From the NCBI GenBank assembly GCA_000146045.2, contig BK006942.2, forward strand, positions 1 to 64,000: a stretch of 64,000 bases of DNA, in the 5' to 3' direction. This document shows positions 46,201 through 57,337 of this stretch, in pieces; position 1 is the stretch's first letter; each line of letters starts with the position of its first letter. The stretch is from TPA_inf: Saccharomyces (lineage: Eukaryota). The translations under genes were made by a program, and so were the position numbers. The notes beneath the pieces are model-generated. The model made no database searches. It was not told the origin of the DNA and worked only from the letters and a program-made list of their open reading frames with translations.

Positions 46201-46815
46201 ATGGGCAATGTGTCTGTGGCAGTGGGAACGGCAGTTGGGATTCCAATTGCTGTGGGCGTAATAATAGCCCTGATATTTTGGTGTAAATTACAACGACGTT
46301 ACAAAAAAGAAGAGATTAGAGATGCTGATTTGGAGAAGATGGTAATGGAAGAAGTGGCAGTGTCGGTATATGATGGTTTTAAAGCCGAAATTAACAGCTC
46401 AAGTGAAGCTTCCACGATAAACGAAAAGGAAGCAAACCAGGATCTTAAACCCTGCCAAGAAAAAACCGCCAAGGCAGGGTACACACCAGCATACAGAAGG
46501 CAATTGAACGCTAGTATGGGGACTTTGCGTCCAAAAAAGCAGAGCACTGCATATACCAATGTCCCCGTCATTTTCAGCGGCGAAAAGGTGAATTATGGGA
46601 TGGTCAGAGATCCTTCCTATAGTTTTATGTATCCACTGACGCTATCGCGCAAAGAAACGAGTAGTTTGAGATCAGCTTCTACGTCAAACTTGTCATCGAG
46701 CACAGAAAATACTGCGTTACACGAAGAAATAAAACTGGATGACCCATATGAAAACGATTTTACGAATTATACTGTCAACAAGAGAGAATTTATTGACAGC
46801 TTACGGCCACACTAA
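46201..46815 (+). CDS. AIM20: Small single-pass membrane protein, 204 aa
   Basis: ATG ORF with N-terminal TM ([23 protein letters not shown]), position between BNR1 and COA1. Confidence 0.7.
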
Positions 46816-46948
46816 TATATATGCATATAGATATATAAACGTACCTACATAGTTTTGCATTTGTATAGATACCCAGACCACTTGTAATAACGATAAAAAT
46901 AAAATAATAATAAAGGATATTTACAGACAAATAGCACCATACTTGCTA

Positions 46949-47542
46949 TTAAATTGGTGTCTTGGTATTTTCAGCTAGCAAATCGATCTTTTGGCCAGCG
47001 GCAGTGACGCTCCATTCATGAATCAAAAACTCTTCGTCGTGAGTGTTCCTATCGGCAACCAGTCTAACGGTTCCAGTAACGTTTTTGTCCCCCTTGATAT
47101 AAAACGTAATGTTAATCCTACCCTTCACAGAGTTCAGTTCACCGTAGACCCAAGGGATGATACCATCAAATTCTATGCTCTCACCCAGTATGTTTTTAGT
47201 TGCTGGAGACCGTCTTATATAATACAGCGTGTTGGAGATAATGGGGGACTCCGTCTTTTCATAGTTGAAGATCAAAGATAGTGCGGACCCAATGGCCACA
47301 GAAAACAACAAAAATCCAGCTATTCGCTTTCTCCTCTCCGTGGTTGGGTCAGGCAATTCTCTGTCAATTCTCAATGGCCTGTTCTTGTCTTTCAAAACGA
47401 TCTTGGCCTCATCTTCAGCGACACTATTATTGAATCTAGCGCTGGTAGAGAATGAGTGCAGCAAGGAACCACGCACTAGCACAGCCTTAGCTGCAGAAGG
47501 TGTCACTTTCGGCAACCCTTTAGTTACTAGTCTTAACATCAT
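46949..47542 (-). CDS. COA1: Mitochondrial inner-membrane cytochrome oxidase assembly factor, 197 aa
   Basis: ATG ORF with N-terminal presequence-like region and a single TM (IAGFLLFSVAIGSALSLIF). Confidence 0.7.
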   Translation of the reverse strand: MMLRLVTKGLPKVTPSAAKAVLVRGSLLHSFSTSARFNNSVAEDEAKIVLKDKNRPLRIDRELPDPTTERRKRIAGFLLFSVAIGSALSLIFNYEKTESPIISNTLYYIRRSPATKNILGESIEFDGIIPWVYGELNSVKGRINITFYIKGDKNVTGTVRLVADRNTHDEEFLIHEWSVTAAGQKIDLLAENTKTPI

Positions 47543-47689
47543 GTATAGTCTGTTTTATCTTTTACTTTTATGTCGTGGACTGGTACGGAGAGAAAGATCG
47601 AACTGTTTTAAAACTGGGATTAAAATGACAAGAAGGCGCTTTCTTTCTCTCCACAATGATCAAAACAAGAACAAGCAAAACGCAAAGAG

Positions 47690-47973
47690 ATGACATTAGT
47701 AAGTACCCAAATGAGCTACTAACAACGCATCCGGTAATACTAACAAGAGAAATTGGTTAGGTAGGGAAACTAGTACACATATCCATAGATTTGGTCTTGG
47801 TATCAACGTGCCTCGCGGGGATTAAACGCAATACAGGTTTGACGCCTAAACTGGAGACTCTGGACAATCAGACTATGAGAAACTACATGAAGCGGTACTT
47901 GAACTTGGGAGAGTCTGTATACGACTATTCTGTTGCCACTTGTGGCTCCTCGACGTATTTCGCTAGGAAATAG
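47690..47973 (+). CDS. YIL156W-B: Small spliced gene: exon 1 47690..47698 (MTL), intron 47699..47760, exon 2 47761..47973; 73-aa product
   Basis: ATG ACA TTA then GTAAGT (47699-47704); two TACTAAC boxes (47717-47723 and 47738-47744); TAG 3' splice site at 47758-47760; exon 2 is in frame with track ORF 47791..47973 (whose M is a TTG). Confidence 0.55.
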
Positions 47974-48090
47974 GTACGTTTATATTCTATATATGTTGAT
48001 AATATTTTGTATAACGGCACCCAGCCGGGGGCCAAAATTAATAACCGCAACTTAAAGAGCTATCGCTATCGATTACGCATAGAACTTTAA

Positions 48091-51000
48091 ATGCTAGACG
48101 ATGATAAGGGCACGGCCATGCATCCACATATAACGCCGTTCACGCCTGAGTACTCAAATGAATTACTGCGAAGGGTCCAGGACCTGTACCACGAAGATAT
48201 CAAGCACTACTATCCGCAGCTAAAACTGGAGAAGCTGCTGGACCTTCTGGAGCATACAGAGTACCTATTCGAGTTATATCTAGATTCAATCCATCACGAT
48301 AGGCCCAACGATGCACTGACAGCGTTTATCATTGGATGCTACTACGTGTTCTTAATTATTCCACAATCTTTGCAGTTCCAAACACGAAACAAGTCCTACA
48401 GCATCTATACAGATCTAAAAAAGATGTATGAGAATGAAATGAACATGACCAATGTTGTGCTTATGGTGAAGAAAGAAATCGGTGTGGTCCTAGATGAATC
48501 GGTTAAACACGGGGCCGGTATTGAGCACAGAATCACCAAGAAGAGGGCATTTTCAGTTCCAGCTGACGATCTTTCAGGTCAGGTAGCTTCACTATCACTT
48601 GACACCGCGGCACCGCAAGATCATGGCCTCAAAGGCACGTTTACTGAAGACGACGCAGAACAATCTTCACCTGTTTGGACAGCACCAAACTTAGAGCCCA
48701 ACGACCAATTGAAACTGGCTTTATTGCCCGAAGTGATACCAACGCCAGCTTTTCGTGAGCCTGAAAGAAAGACAAGTGTTCCAGTGAGACCATCTGTTTT
48801 ATTGGAAGATGTACCCTCCATATACCACGAGGATGACACTAGTTTCGCATCTTTGAACCCACCATTTCGAGAAATAACCGCAGATAGATCAGTAACTCAT
48901 CGAAAGGATTCTTACCATTCTGTTTATATGGTGGATAGCGGCAACCTCAAGGAAGACAATGATGATCTGTTCAACGTTGAGAATGATGGCTTCATCCAGA
49001 GTTTGGATATTTTACAAAAGCAGAGTATAATCACAGCACCAGAATTGTTTAGTATTTTATCGAATCGCGTTGAACGTGAAAAGGTTTTACTCATCGACTT
49101 GAGAATACCACAAAGATCTGCAATAAATCACATTGTGGCTCCGAACTTAGTGAATGTGGATCCAAACTTGTTGTGGGACAAGCAGACGAACACACCTATC
49201 TACAAGGATGACATATTGGAACATTTACTGAAGGAGAATGAGAATTTTATAAACCGTAATAAATTTGATTACATTGTTTACTATACTGATGTGAAGACCT
49301 TCATGACTATAAATTTTGATTATGCATTTATTTTTTTTTATTTGATGCTGACTTCTCAGAAGACTCCTTTAACAACTGTACCTACTACCCTCTTAGGTGG
49401 GTACGAAAAATGGAAGAAAACTCTGCATTCGTATGCCCAGGAGTATCATATCTCTATTGAAGATTACTTGTACAGACCTTACTCACAGAAGGCGCGCTTA
49501 CAACAGGAGCAGCAGCAGCAGCAGCAGCAGCCGGATTCTCAGGACTCTTTTTCCGCTAAGGAATCATCTACAAAAGTTCCTGAGCCTCCCTCCTGGAAGC
49601 CCCCTGACCTGCCTATAAGGTTAAGGAAACGTCCTCCACCTCCACCGCCTGTATCAATGCCCACAACCCCAGAAATTCCACCTCCTCTGCCCCCTAAGAT
49701 AATGGTTCATTCACAAGTCAGTTCTATCTCTCGAAAGCCGCCAATACCAGCAAAGCAGCATGTCAAAAAGGAACAACTTAACTCCAATGAAATTATTCAA
49801 AGAAAAAGACAGCACCAGCATCAGCATTACGACCAACAAATATTACAACCGCAAAGGGCGTACAATATTCCAACTATTGAACGCAGTCCAAACGTATACG
49901 TTTCGTTGTCCATCACGGGACTAAGAAATTTGGGCAATACATGTTACATTAATAGTATGATACAATGTCTATTCGCTGCGAAAACATTCCGGACACTCTT
50001 CATTTCATCCAAATATAAGAGCTATCTGCAACCAATAAGGAGCAACGGATCTCATTATTCTCCTAAACTTTCGAATTCACTAAGTATGCTCTTCAACAAG
50101 ATGTATCTAAATGGTGGTTGCTCAGTTGTCCCAACAGGATTTCTCAAAGTTATCAATCAATTGCGTCCCGATTTGAAAATTCCTGATGACCAACAGGATA
50201 CCCAAGAGTTCCTAATGATACTTTTAGACAGGTTACACGATGAACTTTCCGACCAACAGCATGTAGCGAACGATTATCCGAATTTATTATTGTATAATGC
50301 AGATGCCCTAAAGGTTTCAAACAACGAATATAAGCACTGGTTTGACAAAAATGTCATTGGTAATGGTATATCTCCTATTGATGACATTTTTCAAGGGCAA
50401 ATGGAGAACAGCTTACAATGTAAAAGGTGCGGTTACACTACTTTCAACTATAGCACATTTTATGTTTTATCACTGGCTATACCAAGACGTTCCATGAAGT
50501 TGAGTAAACTTGGTAGGTCTACTGAGAAAAGAGTTAAGTTAGAGGATTGTATTAATATGTTTACAAGCGATGAGGTACTCTCTGGTGAAAATGCATGGGA
50601 TTGCCCACGCTGTGGCCCCACGGCGTCTGTGTCTACATCTGTGTCTGCATTAGAGAATGAGCCATCCATTGTTAAGAGTAAAAAGAAAAAAAGTCGGTTT
50701 TTTACATTACATACAGGAACCAAGCGTCGTCATCTCGACTTTTTTGGAGACGGTATTACTGAGGGCCATAATAGCAATAATAATAATACGACAATCTTTG
50801 AACGAGAAAGGTCCAGATCACCCTTCAGGATGTTGGGTGGTAGTGGGAAGAGGTCCAGTTCCAGTACACCGTTCAGTACTGGTGGTAATGATAGTAACAA
50901 CTCGAGTGATTACAAGAACAAAAAATTGACAACAGTGAAAACGATAAATTTTGTAACTTTACCAAAAATCTTAGTCATCCATTTATCGAGATTTTATTAC

Positions 51001-51306
51001 GATTTGACCAAGAAAAATAACACCGTCGTAACATATCCATTGATACTAAACATTATATTGAAAAACAATGACACTATGAAATATAAGCTATTTGGAGTGG
51101 TTAACCATACAGGCACATTAATCAGTGGCCATTACACGTCACTGGTGAATAAAGACCTTGAACACAATGTGAATATTGGGCGTTCTAAATGGTACTATTT
51201 CGACGATGAGGTTGTCAAGGCAGATAGGAAACATGGATCTGATAAAAACTTGAAAATTTCAAGTAGCGATGTCTACGTATTGTTTTATGAAAGGGTTTAT
51301 GACTAG
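48091..51306 (+). CDS. UBP7: Ubiquitin-specific protease (USP/UBP, C19), 1071 aa
   Basis: Cys box GLRNLGNTCYINSMIQCLF and His box near the C-terminus (GHYTS...WYYFDD); internal polyQ (CAG)n and proline-rich stretch. Confidence 0.9.
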   Translation: MLDDDKGTAMHPHITPFTPEYSNELLRRVQDLYHEDIKHYYPQLKLEKLLDLLEHTEYLFELYLDSIHHDRPNDALTAFIIGCYYVFLIIPQSLQFQTRNKSYSIYTDLKKMYENEMNMTNVVLMVKKEIGVVLDESVKHGAGIEHRITKKRAFSVPADDLSGQVASLSLDTAAPQDHGLKGTFTEDDAEQSSPVWTAPNLEPNDQLKLALLPEVIPTPAFREPERKTSVPVRPSVLLEDVPSIYHEDDTSFASLNPPFREITADRSVTHRKDSYHSVYMVDSGNLKEDNDDLFNVENDGFIQSLDILQKQSIITAPELFSILSNRVEREKVLLIDLRIPQRSAINHIVAPNLVNVDPNLLWDKQTNTPIYKDDILEHLLKENENFINRNKFDYIVYYTDVKTFMTINFDYAFIFFYLMLTSQKTPLTTVPTTLLGGYEKWKKTLHSYAQEYHISIEDYLYRPYSQKARLQQEQQQQQQQPDSQDSFSAKESSTKVPEPPSWKPPDLPIRLRKRPPPPPPVSMPTTPEIPPPLPPKIMVHSQVSSISRKPPIPAKQHVKKEQLNSNEIIQRKRQHQHQHYDQQILQPQRAYNIPTIERSPNVYVSLSITGLRNLGNTCYINSMIQCLFAAKTFRTLFISSKYKSYLQPIRSNGSHYSPKLSNSLSMLFNKMYLNGGCSVVPTGFLKVINQLRPDLKIPDDQQDTQEFLMILLDRLHDELSDQQHVANDYPNLLLYNADALKVSNNEYKHWFDKNVIGNGISPIDDIFQGQMENSLQCKRCGYTTFNYSTFYVLSLAIPRRSMKLSKLGRSTEKRVKLEDCINMFTSDEVLSGENAWDCPRCGPTASVSTSVSALENEPSIVKSKKKKSRFFTLHTGTKRRHLDFFGDGITEGHNSNNNNTTIFERERSRSPFRMLGGSGKRSSSSTPFSTGGNDSNNSSDYKNKKLTTVKTINFVTLPKILVIHLSRFYYDLTKKNNTVVTYPLILNIILKNNDTMKYKLFGVVNHTGTLISGHYTSLVNKDLEHNVNIGRSKWYYFDDEVVKADRKHGSDKNLKISSSDVYVLFYERVYD

Positions 51307-51758
51307 CAAAATTTTGCATTTTTTTTTTTGCACCATAAATATGTATTGCGTATGCACCAGGACGTTGAAGAATATTATTTAGTGTTTCTATATTTTATGA
51401 TAAAACTAGAGATAAAGGGGATAATTAAAACGATATTAAAACGGAAGTCTACACAATGATTATATAGATTATATTATGTATTGGAAATAGAATATAAACA
51501 CTAGGAAGGTCATAATTTGAAGATCAATTGTAGTAGTAGAGTCTATTACCTCTTTTTTTTTTTTTCTTCATATATTTTTGTAGTTTTTTTAGTTTACTTT
51601 AACTCTTCCATTAAGGAAAATAGGTAATAATAGCGATTTCATTGCCATTACCACCATTATTATTATTGTTATTACTATCATTATTATTATTATCATCATT
51701 ACCATTATTATTACTCTTGTGAATGTTATCTTTGTCACCCTTAACTATCATGATCGAT

Positions 51759-53708
51759 TTAGACACCAAACGTCTTGATGAAGTTCACAGTTTTTTCAAG
51801 TTCCCACTGCCTCTTTTTCTCCGACCAATTGAACTCATCACCCATAACTTTGACGGTGGCATGCACGGCATTCAAAGCTTCCTTGGCGTCCAAGAAGGCG
51901 AATCTTGTTCTTCTTAAAAGGAAGTCCAAGGGAGTTCTACAATATTCGTACTGCATGGAATACTTTAACTCACCGATTGTGAATGGATATCTGAAAGTAT
52001 CAAAATTGACCAAGTTGTTCTCCTCGCTAGAGTAGATTACGTTATTTTCCTTGTCGGCTAAGGACAAAGGCAGTTTATTTTCCATGGATTCTTTGAAAAA
52101 TTCGCAAATGATAGAGGAACGGGTTCCGTAGTTTTGAACCAAGTAGTTGGACATTTTTGATGATAAATGGTAGTTTTGAGCCAATAAAGCCACATAGTTT
52201 TGCGTCCATTCTTCTGCACCAGCAAGCTTAATATCTCTTGTGTGACAAGGTTTCAGGTTGTGGAATCCGCCAACTTCGACAACTTTGTCGACTGTTTCCT
52301 CAGCCATTTGTCTGTAAGTAGTCCATTTACCACCTGCAATAGTAATTAGGCCATTATCCGAAGTGAACAAGAAGTGGGATCTTACCACGCCCTGAGTGGC
52401 AGAGCCCTTCTTCCCGTCTGCGGGGATTGTACGTGGATCTCTGACCAAAGGTCTGACACCAGCCCATGCACTTAGCACGTCTTCTCTTTTCACGGGGAAT
52501 TCGATATAGTGCTGTAGTTCTTTCAAGATATCTTGAATATCAGCCTCTGTAGGCATAGGGTTTTCTGGGACTTGCTTTAGTGGGATGTCTGTGGTGCCGG
52601 CAAGGACTTTGCCCTGCCAAGGTAAAAAGAACATCACTCTGCCATCAGAGGTTCTGACGTCCAACAAACCCATATCCTTCGGGCAGTAAAAAGAGGGCAA
52701 TACGATGTGAACGCCAATAGATGGGATGACCATTTTCGGGTCCATGACGGCGATTTGATTGAAAGTCGACTTGATCTTGGAGTTGTCGTTTAGCGGGGAG
52801 TCCGGCAGACCGGATGGGTTGCGGTCCATTTGCAAAATGGCGTCACTGTATGGGCCCGTGGCATTGACCACACATTTAGCGTTGATTCTGACAAGCTCAT
52901 TAGTCTCAACGTCCCGGGCCTCGGCACCGATAACCTTACCAGAAGTTGGGTCTTTGATCAATTTTTGTACCTCGACATAGTTCAAGACGGTAGCGCCGTT
53001 CTCCACAGCCGTGATGGCTAAAGTGGCGTTCAAACGCGAGTCGTTAAAGGACCCATCATGGTACACAAGCGAGGCCTTTAAATTGTCTGTGGTAAGCATG
53101 GGAGCCTTCTCCACGGTGGCGGATTTGGACAGTAGGTATGATTTTTTCAAGTTTTGGGAACCGGCAAAGAAATCGTAGAATTTACAGCCCATATAGATGT
53201 ACGGGACCTGCCAGGTGCTGTAGATGGGGATCAGAATTGGTAGCACCGTGCACAGGTGAGGGGCAGTGTTGATAAGATGTTTACGCTCGTTGAGTGCCTC
53301 GATGACCAGATCCAGTTGTGCCTTGGAGAACTCCCAGAAGGCCTTCTCTAAGTACCGCACCCCACCGTGAATCATCTTGGTAGATTTGGACGACGTTCCC
53401 GAGGCAAAATCCCCCTTTTCAACAAGGGCCACATTGAGTCCCCTGGTCGCAGCATCTAGGGCACATCCTGTCCCCGTGGCCCCGCCACCGATGATCAACA
53501 CGTCGAATTGATGCGTCTTGGCCAGACGGTCCAGCAGGTCTCGTCTAGAGACCTGCGGTGGAGCGGCGGTGGGGAATTGCACCATGTAGCTCGGGTCATT
53601 GTGCACTAACGGCCTATCACCTTGGCTAGTCATCCAGTACAGCGTCCCCGTGGCTGTGGCCATGGCAGCAGCTGCACCGGCAGCTCTTCTTCTCGTTACC
53701 GAAAACAT
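51759..53708 (-). CDS. GUT2: Mitochondrial FAD-dependent glycerol-3-phosphate dehydrogenase, 649 aa
   Basis: FAD-binding fold DVLIIGGGATGTGCALD near the N-terminus after a presequence; full-length GPD2-family ORF. Confidence 0.9.
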   Translation of the reverse strand: MFSVTRRRAAGAAAAMATATGTLYWMTSQGDRPLVHNDPSYMVQFPTAAPPQVSRRDLLDRLAKTHQFDVLIIGGGATGTGCALDAATRGLNVALVEKGDFASGTSSKSTKMIHGGVRYLEKAFWEFSKAQLDLVIEALNERKHLINTAPHLCTVLPILIPIYSTWQVPYIYMGCKFYDFFAGSQNLKKSYLLSKSATVEKAPMLTTDNLKASLVYHDGSFNDSRLNATLAITAVENGATVLNYVEVQKLIKDPTSGKVIGAEARDVETNELVRINAKCVVNATGPYSDAILQMDRNPSGLPDSPLNDNSKIKSTFNQIAVMDPKMVIPSIGVHIVLPSFYCPKDMGLLDVRTSDGRVMFFLPWQGKVLAGTTDIPLKQVPENPMPTEADIQDILKELQHYIEFPVKREDVLSAWAGVRPLVRDPRTIPADGKKGSATQGVVRSHFLFTSDNGLITIAGGKWTTYRQMAEETVDKVVEVGGFHNLKPCHTRDIKLAGAEEWTQNYVALLAQNYHLSSKMSNYLVQNYGTRSSIICEFFKESMENKLPLSLADKENNVIYSSEENNLVNFDTFRYPFTIGELKYSMQYEYCRTPLDFLLRRTRFAFLDAKEALNAVHATVKVMGDEFNWSEKKRQWELEKTVNFIKTFGV

Positions 53709-53980
53709 ATATTAGTACGTATTTAGTCTTGTAGCAGTGATGGCAATAGCACGGTCAAGATAAGGGAGGGAGAGTCCTTGCTTTAGACCAAAGTTCCCTA
53801 TTTGTGGCTGTTCTCTTTTAAGTTTAAATACGATTTTTAGCGTGCGGGGTTGTGAAATTTCCCCTGCCAAAACTGAAATAAAGTTGGGTGGATAACGTAT
53901 CGGAGCAGAGAAAAGACATAAGGTCTGTTGCTGTATATAAGTATGTGTTGCTAAAAAGGAATTAGTGCAGTGATTATTGG

Positions 53981-55021
53981 TCACTCGCTGATGCCCTTGC
54001 GCTTGGCACGTTTCAGCTTCTTTCTAACCGCGAGGATGGGCACAGAGCAGACGAAGTTCTGCAGAGTGGACAGGATGACCGAGAGGGAGCAGCACAGGGC
54101 GACTGGCTTGAGGCCGTGGATCATCTCGTTGAGGAGGTGTTTTGGGTACGGATGGGTCAAGGAGAGGACGACGACGTCGAGGTCGTCGAGCACGCCCGCG
54201 ACGCAGTCAAACAGGTGCATGACGTGCTTTCTGATTCTGGCAACGTTGGCGAACATCTGGGAGTCGTCCGTGGGCTTCGAGGGCTCCCAGTGGACAATGT
54301 AGACGGTGTCTCCCTGGTTGACAGCTGCGCCCATGAGATAGGTCAGGGCGTAGGTGGACTCGCTGCTCAGGTCCGTGTAGAGGATGAAGGACCTTTGGTT
54401 CCCGGCCTCTGCGCCGGCACCCTTGGTGAGTAGTTGCATGGCTCTGACGTAGCCTCCGTCGAGTTGCTCCAGAGACACGTCTTCGTTTTCGTGGCCACGG
54501 ATGCTGATCTCGTACTTGGCTATCCAGGGCTTGCTGGAGTCTAGCACTTCGTTTATGCTGGTACAAAAGTTGGGTAACACTTTCATGCCCAGATCGTAGT
54601 GGAACTCCTCGTCAATCTCTAAATCGTTCTCTATATCGCTCACTTGCTCTTCATCGGACTCTTCCTCGTCCATATCGTCGCCGTCGCCGTCGTCGTCATC
54701 TTCGTCGTTGCCCTCACCTTCCTCTTCAGAATCCACATCCACGACCCTCAACCGCATCGAGGGGTCCTGCCTCAACACGGTCCACTTGAGGAACTCTTCC
54801 TCCCTTACTCTGCTGCGGCTACTGGCCCTGCTTCTCGACCGCGACAGACTGCTCACGTTTGAGTCTCGTTCGCCTCTTTTCTTCTTGCTACGACCTCTTT
54901 CCCTGTGGCCCCTTTCCATCTGCTCCGAGTCGAACTCCACCGTGGTGGGCGTTTCCGTTTTGATGCTGTGTAGATTCGATTGTGTTCCGTCAGGTTTAGT
55001 CAGCAATATGCTCTTCTGCAT
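53981..55021 (-). CDS. IMP2': Transcriptional co-activator, 346 aa, acidic Asp/Glu-rich with an Arg/Ser-rich N-terminal region
   Basis: ATG ORF; acidic run DSEEEGEGNDEDDDDGDGDDMDEEESDEE; position between GUT2 and RRD1. Confidence 0.75.
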   Translation of the reverse strand: MQKSILLTKPDGTQSNLHSIKTETPTTVEFDSEQMERGHRERGRSKKKRGERDSNVSSLSRSRSRASSRSRVREEEFLKWTVLRQDPSMRLRVVDVDSEEEGEGNDEDDDDGDGDDMDEEESDEEQVSDIENDLEIDEEFHYDLGMKVLPNFCTSINEVLDSSKPWIAKYEISIRGHENEDVSLEQLDGGYVRAMQLLTKGAGAEAGNQRSFILYTDLSSESTYALTYLMGAAVNQGDTVYIVHWEPSKPTDDSQMFANVARIRKHVMHLFDCVAGVLDDLDVVVLSLTHPYPKHLLNEMIHGLKPVALCCSLSVILSTLQNFVCSVPILAVRKKLKRAKRKGISE

Positions 55022-55197
55022 TGCGTACTTGGTTGTTTCTCTTGTTGGTTCTTTTGGTACTCACCCTTTCCATAGTCTCTTGTGTTTGATCAAGCCTTTT
55101 TTCCGGACCTTTAAAGCTTTCTTAAAAAGATAAAATAGGAAGAAAGTGCAAAGTGCAAAAGAACGCACATATGAACAAGCATTAAACGAGCAAAGAA

Positions 55198-56379
55198 ATG
55201 TCTCTGGATCGTGTAGATTGGCCGCACGCCACCTTCTCTACGCCGGTGAAGCGTATCTTCGATACGCAGACAACGCTGGACTTCCAATCGTCACTAGCCA
55301 TTCACAGAATCAAGTATCATCTTCACAAGTACACTACGTTGATATCGCACTGTTCTGACCCCGACCCGCACGCTACTGCGTCGTCGATCGCCATGGTTAA
55401 CGGGCTGATGGGAGTGTTGGACAAGCTGGCACACCTGATCGACGAGACACCGCCTCTTCCAGGTCCTAGAAGGTATGGTAACCTAGCATGCCGCGAGTGG
55501 CATCACAAGCTGGATGAACGTTTGCCTCAGTGGCTGCAGGAAATGCTTCCCTCGGAATACCATGAGGTGGTGCCTGAATTGCAGTATTACCTGGGCAACA
55601 GCTTTGGTTCGTCGACAAGATTGGACTACGGCACGGGCCACGAACTTTCGTTCATGGCCACGGTCGCAGCACTGGACATGCTGGGGATGTTTCCGCACAT
55701 GAGGGGGGCAGACGTTTTTCTGCTGTTCAACAAGTACTACACGATCATGAGGAGGCTGATCCTGACGTATACGCTGGAGCCCGCTGGGTCACATGGCGTG
55801 TGGGGGCTTGATGACCATTTCCACTTGGTGTACATCTTGGGCTCGTCTCAATGGCAGCTGCTTGATGCGCAAGCACCCTTGCAACCAAGAGAAATACTGG
55901 ATAAGTCTCTGGTGCGCGAGTATAAGGACACCAACTTCTACTGCCAAGGCATAAACTTTATTAATGAGGTGAAAATGGGGCCCTTTGAAGAGCATTCCCC
56001 CATCCTATACGATATTGCCGTCACCGTTCCACGCTGGTCCAAAGTGTGTAAGGGGCTTCTAAAAATGTATTCTGTAGAGGTTCTGAAGAAGTTCCCCGTG
56101 GTGCAACATTTCTGGTTCGGCACAGGCTTCTTTCCCTGGGTCAACATTCAAAACGGCACTGATCTTCCAGTCTTTGAAGAAAAGGAGGAAGAGAGTATAG
56201 AACAGGCTAACGCAGGATCGCCCGGTCGAGAACAGACTTCAACACGATTCCCAACGTCCACGTCAATGCCTCCCCCAGGCGTTCCGCCGTCAGGTAACAA
56301 TATCAACTATTTACTAAGCCATCAAAACCAGTCGCACCGGAACCAGACTTCTTTTTCAAGAGATAGACTACGTAGATAA
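55198..56379 (+). CDS. RRD1: PP2A phosphatase activator / peptidyl-prolyl isomerase (PTPA family), 393 aa
   Basis: Conserved PTPA core (RLDYGTGHELSFMA...GVWGLDDHFHL...). Confidence 0.85.
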   Translation: MSLDRVDWPHATFSTPVKRIFDTQTTLDFQSSLAIHRIKYHLHKYTTLISHCSDPDPHATASSIAMVNGLMGVLDKLAHLIDETPPLPGPRRYGNLACREWHHKLDERLPQWLQEMLPSEYHEVVPELQYYLGNSFGSSTRLDYGTGHELSFMATVAALDMLGMFPHMRGADVFLLFNKYYTIMRRLILTYTLEPAGSHGVWGLDDHFHLVYILGSSQWQLLDAQAPLQPREILDKSLVREYKDTNFYCQGINFINEVKMGPFEEHSPILYDIAVTVPRWSKVCKGLLKMYSVEVLKKFPVVQHFWFGTGFFPWVNIQNGTDLPVFEEKEEESIEQANAGSPGREQTSTRFPTSTSMPPPGVPPSGNNINYLLSHQNQSHRNQTSFSRDRLRR

Positions 56380-56544
56380 TATTAATTAAACATATAAATG
56401 TGTATGACAAGCATTATGACTTCTATTTTCGTTCTTTTTTACTTGCGTCTACAATATATAAGCATATAATCAGATGAAAAAAGGAAAAGGAAGCGGTAAT
56501 ACAAATAAACAAAGAAGTGGAAAAAGTCGCCACAGTGTAAGCAA

Positions 56545-57252
56545 ATGAGTCACAAGAGAAGGGGCCTGGTAATATATCAGGATCAGAAGCAGCAACAACA
56601 ACACCCCCCGGGGCAGTCCCTAAGCTCTATATCCTGGTCTCCAACCAGGCGACCTCATCACCCTTTAAAACAACAAAGCACCAACAGTTTCTCAGAAATA
56701 CTATCGAAATCAAGTGTGCAACCGAACGTGCAACATGACGGTAATCATATGCCCATTTCATTGCTAGTTCTGAAACAAGAACATCATAAGCAGCAGCAGC
56801 AGCAGCAGCAGCGCCAGAATATCCGATCACAAAACTCTACGCCTCCCCTGCGACAGTTGGTTCAGGAGTCGCAGTGGACGAGCTCCGCAAGTAATAGTTC
56901 TCTAAAGAAACAGGAAAAGCAGCCGCAAACATTCTACAACACTGACTCTAAACTTGTTTCTCAACTGCATAGCTCCGTGAAGGACCTGGATGCCATAATC
57001 CAGACGCATAAACCAAAGTTTGACACAATTATTCGCGATTTCTCTCAAGCAACCATACTGTCCTCAAACGAGTTACTCATCAAACTTCCGAAGGACCAAA
57101 CAATAATATTGCATAGCAGAGCGCCAAAAATTAACGCAGAATGGCTACAGAACAAGGTTAATGACCCTAGTGCCTCGTTAGTGATCGATTCAAGATCTTT
57201 TCTAACCTTGTGTAACAATATAAAATGGTACCTGCATTGGAAATTTATATGA
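56545..57252 (+). CDS. VPR1: Uncharacterised 235-aa protein with Gln-rich tracts
   Basis: ATG ORF; polyQ encoded by (CAG)n near 56781-56812. Confidence 0.65.
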   Translation: MSHKRRGLVIYQDQKQQQQHPPGQSLSSISWSPTRRPHHPLKQQSTNSFSEILSKSSVQPNVQHDGNHMPISLLVLKQEHHKQQQQQQQRQNIRSQNSTPPLRQLVQESQWTSSASNSSLKKQEKQPQTFYNTDSKLVSQLHSSVKDLDAIIQTHKPKFDTIIRDFSQATILSSNELLIKLPKDQTIILHSRAPKINAEWLQNKVNDPSASLVIDSRSFLTLCNNIKWYLHWKFI

Positions 57253-57337
57253 AAAGTAATTGTAGAATGGAGTGTTCAAAAAAAAAAAAAAAATGCACAG
57301 AAATATATATGTGATCATATATATGTATATATACATA

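Noticed and set aside
47265-47693. 142-aa + strand ORF antisense to COA1
   Set aside because: Entirely antisense to a conserved gene, with low-complexity composition; likely spurious
54116-54566. GC-rich antisense and alternative-frame ORFs inside IMP2'
   Set aside because: Produced by the GC-rich acidic and Arg-Ser coding region of IMP2'; no independent support
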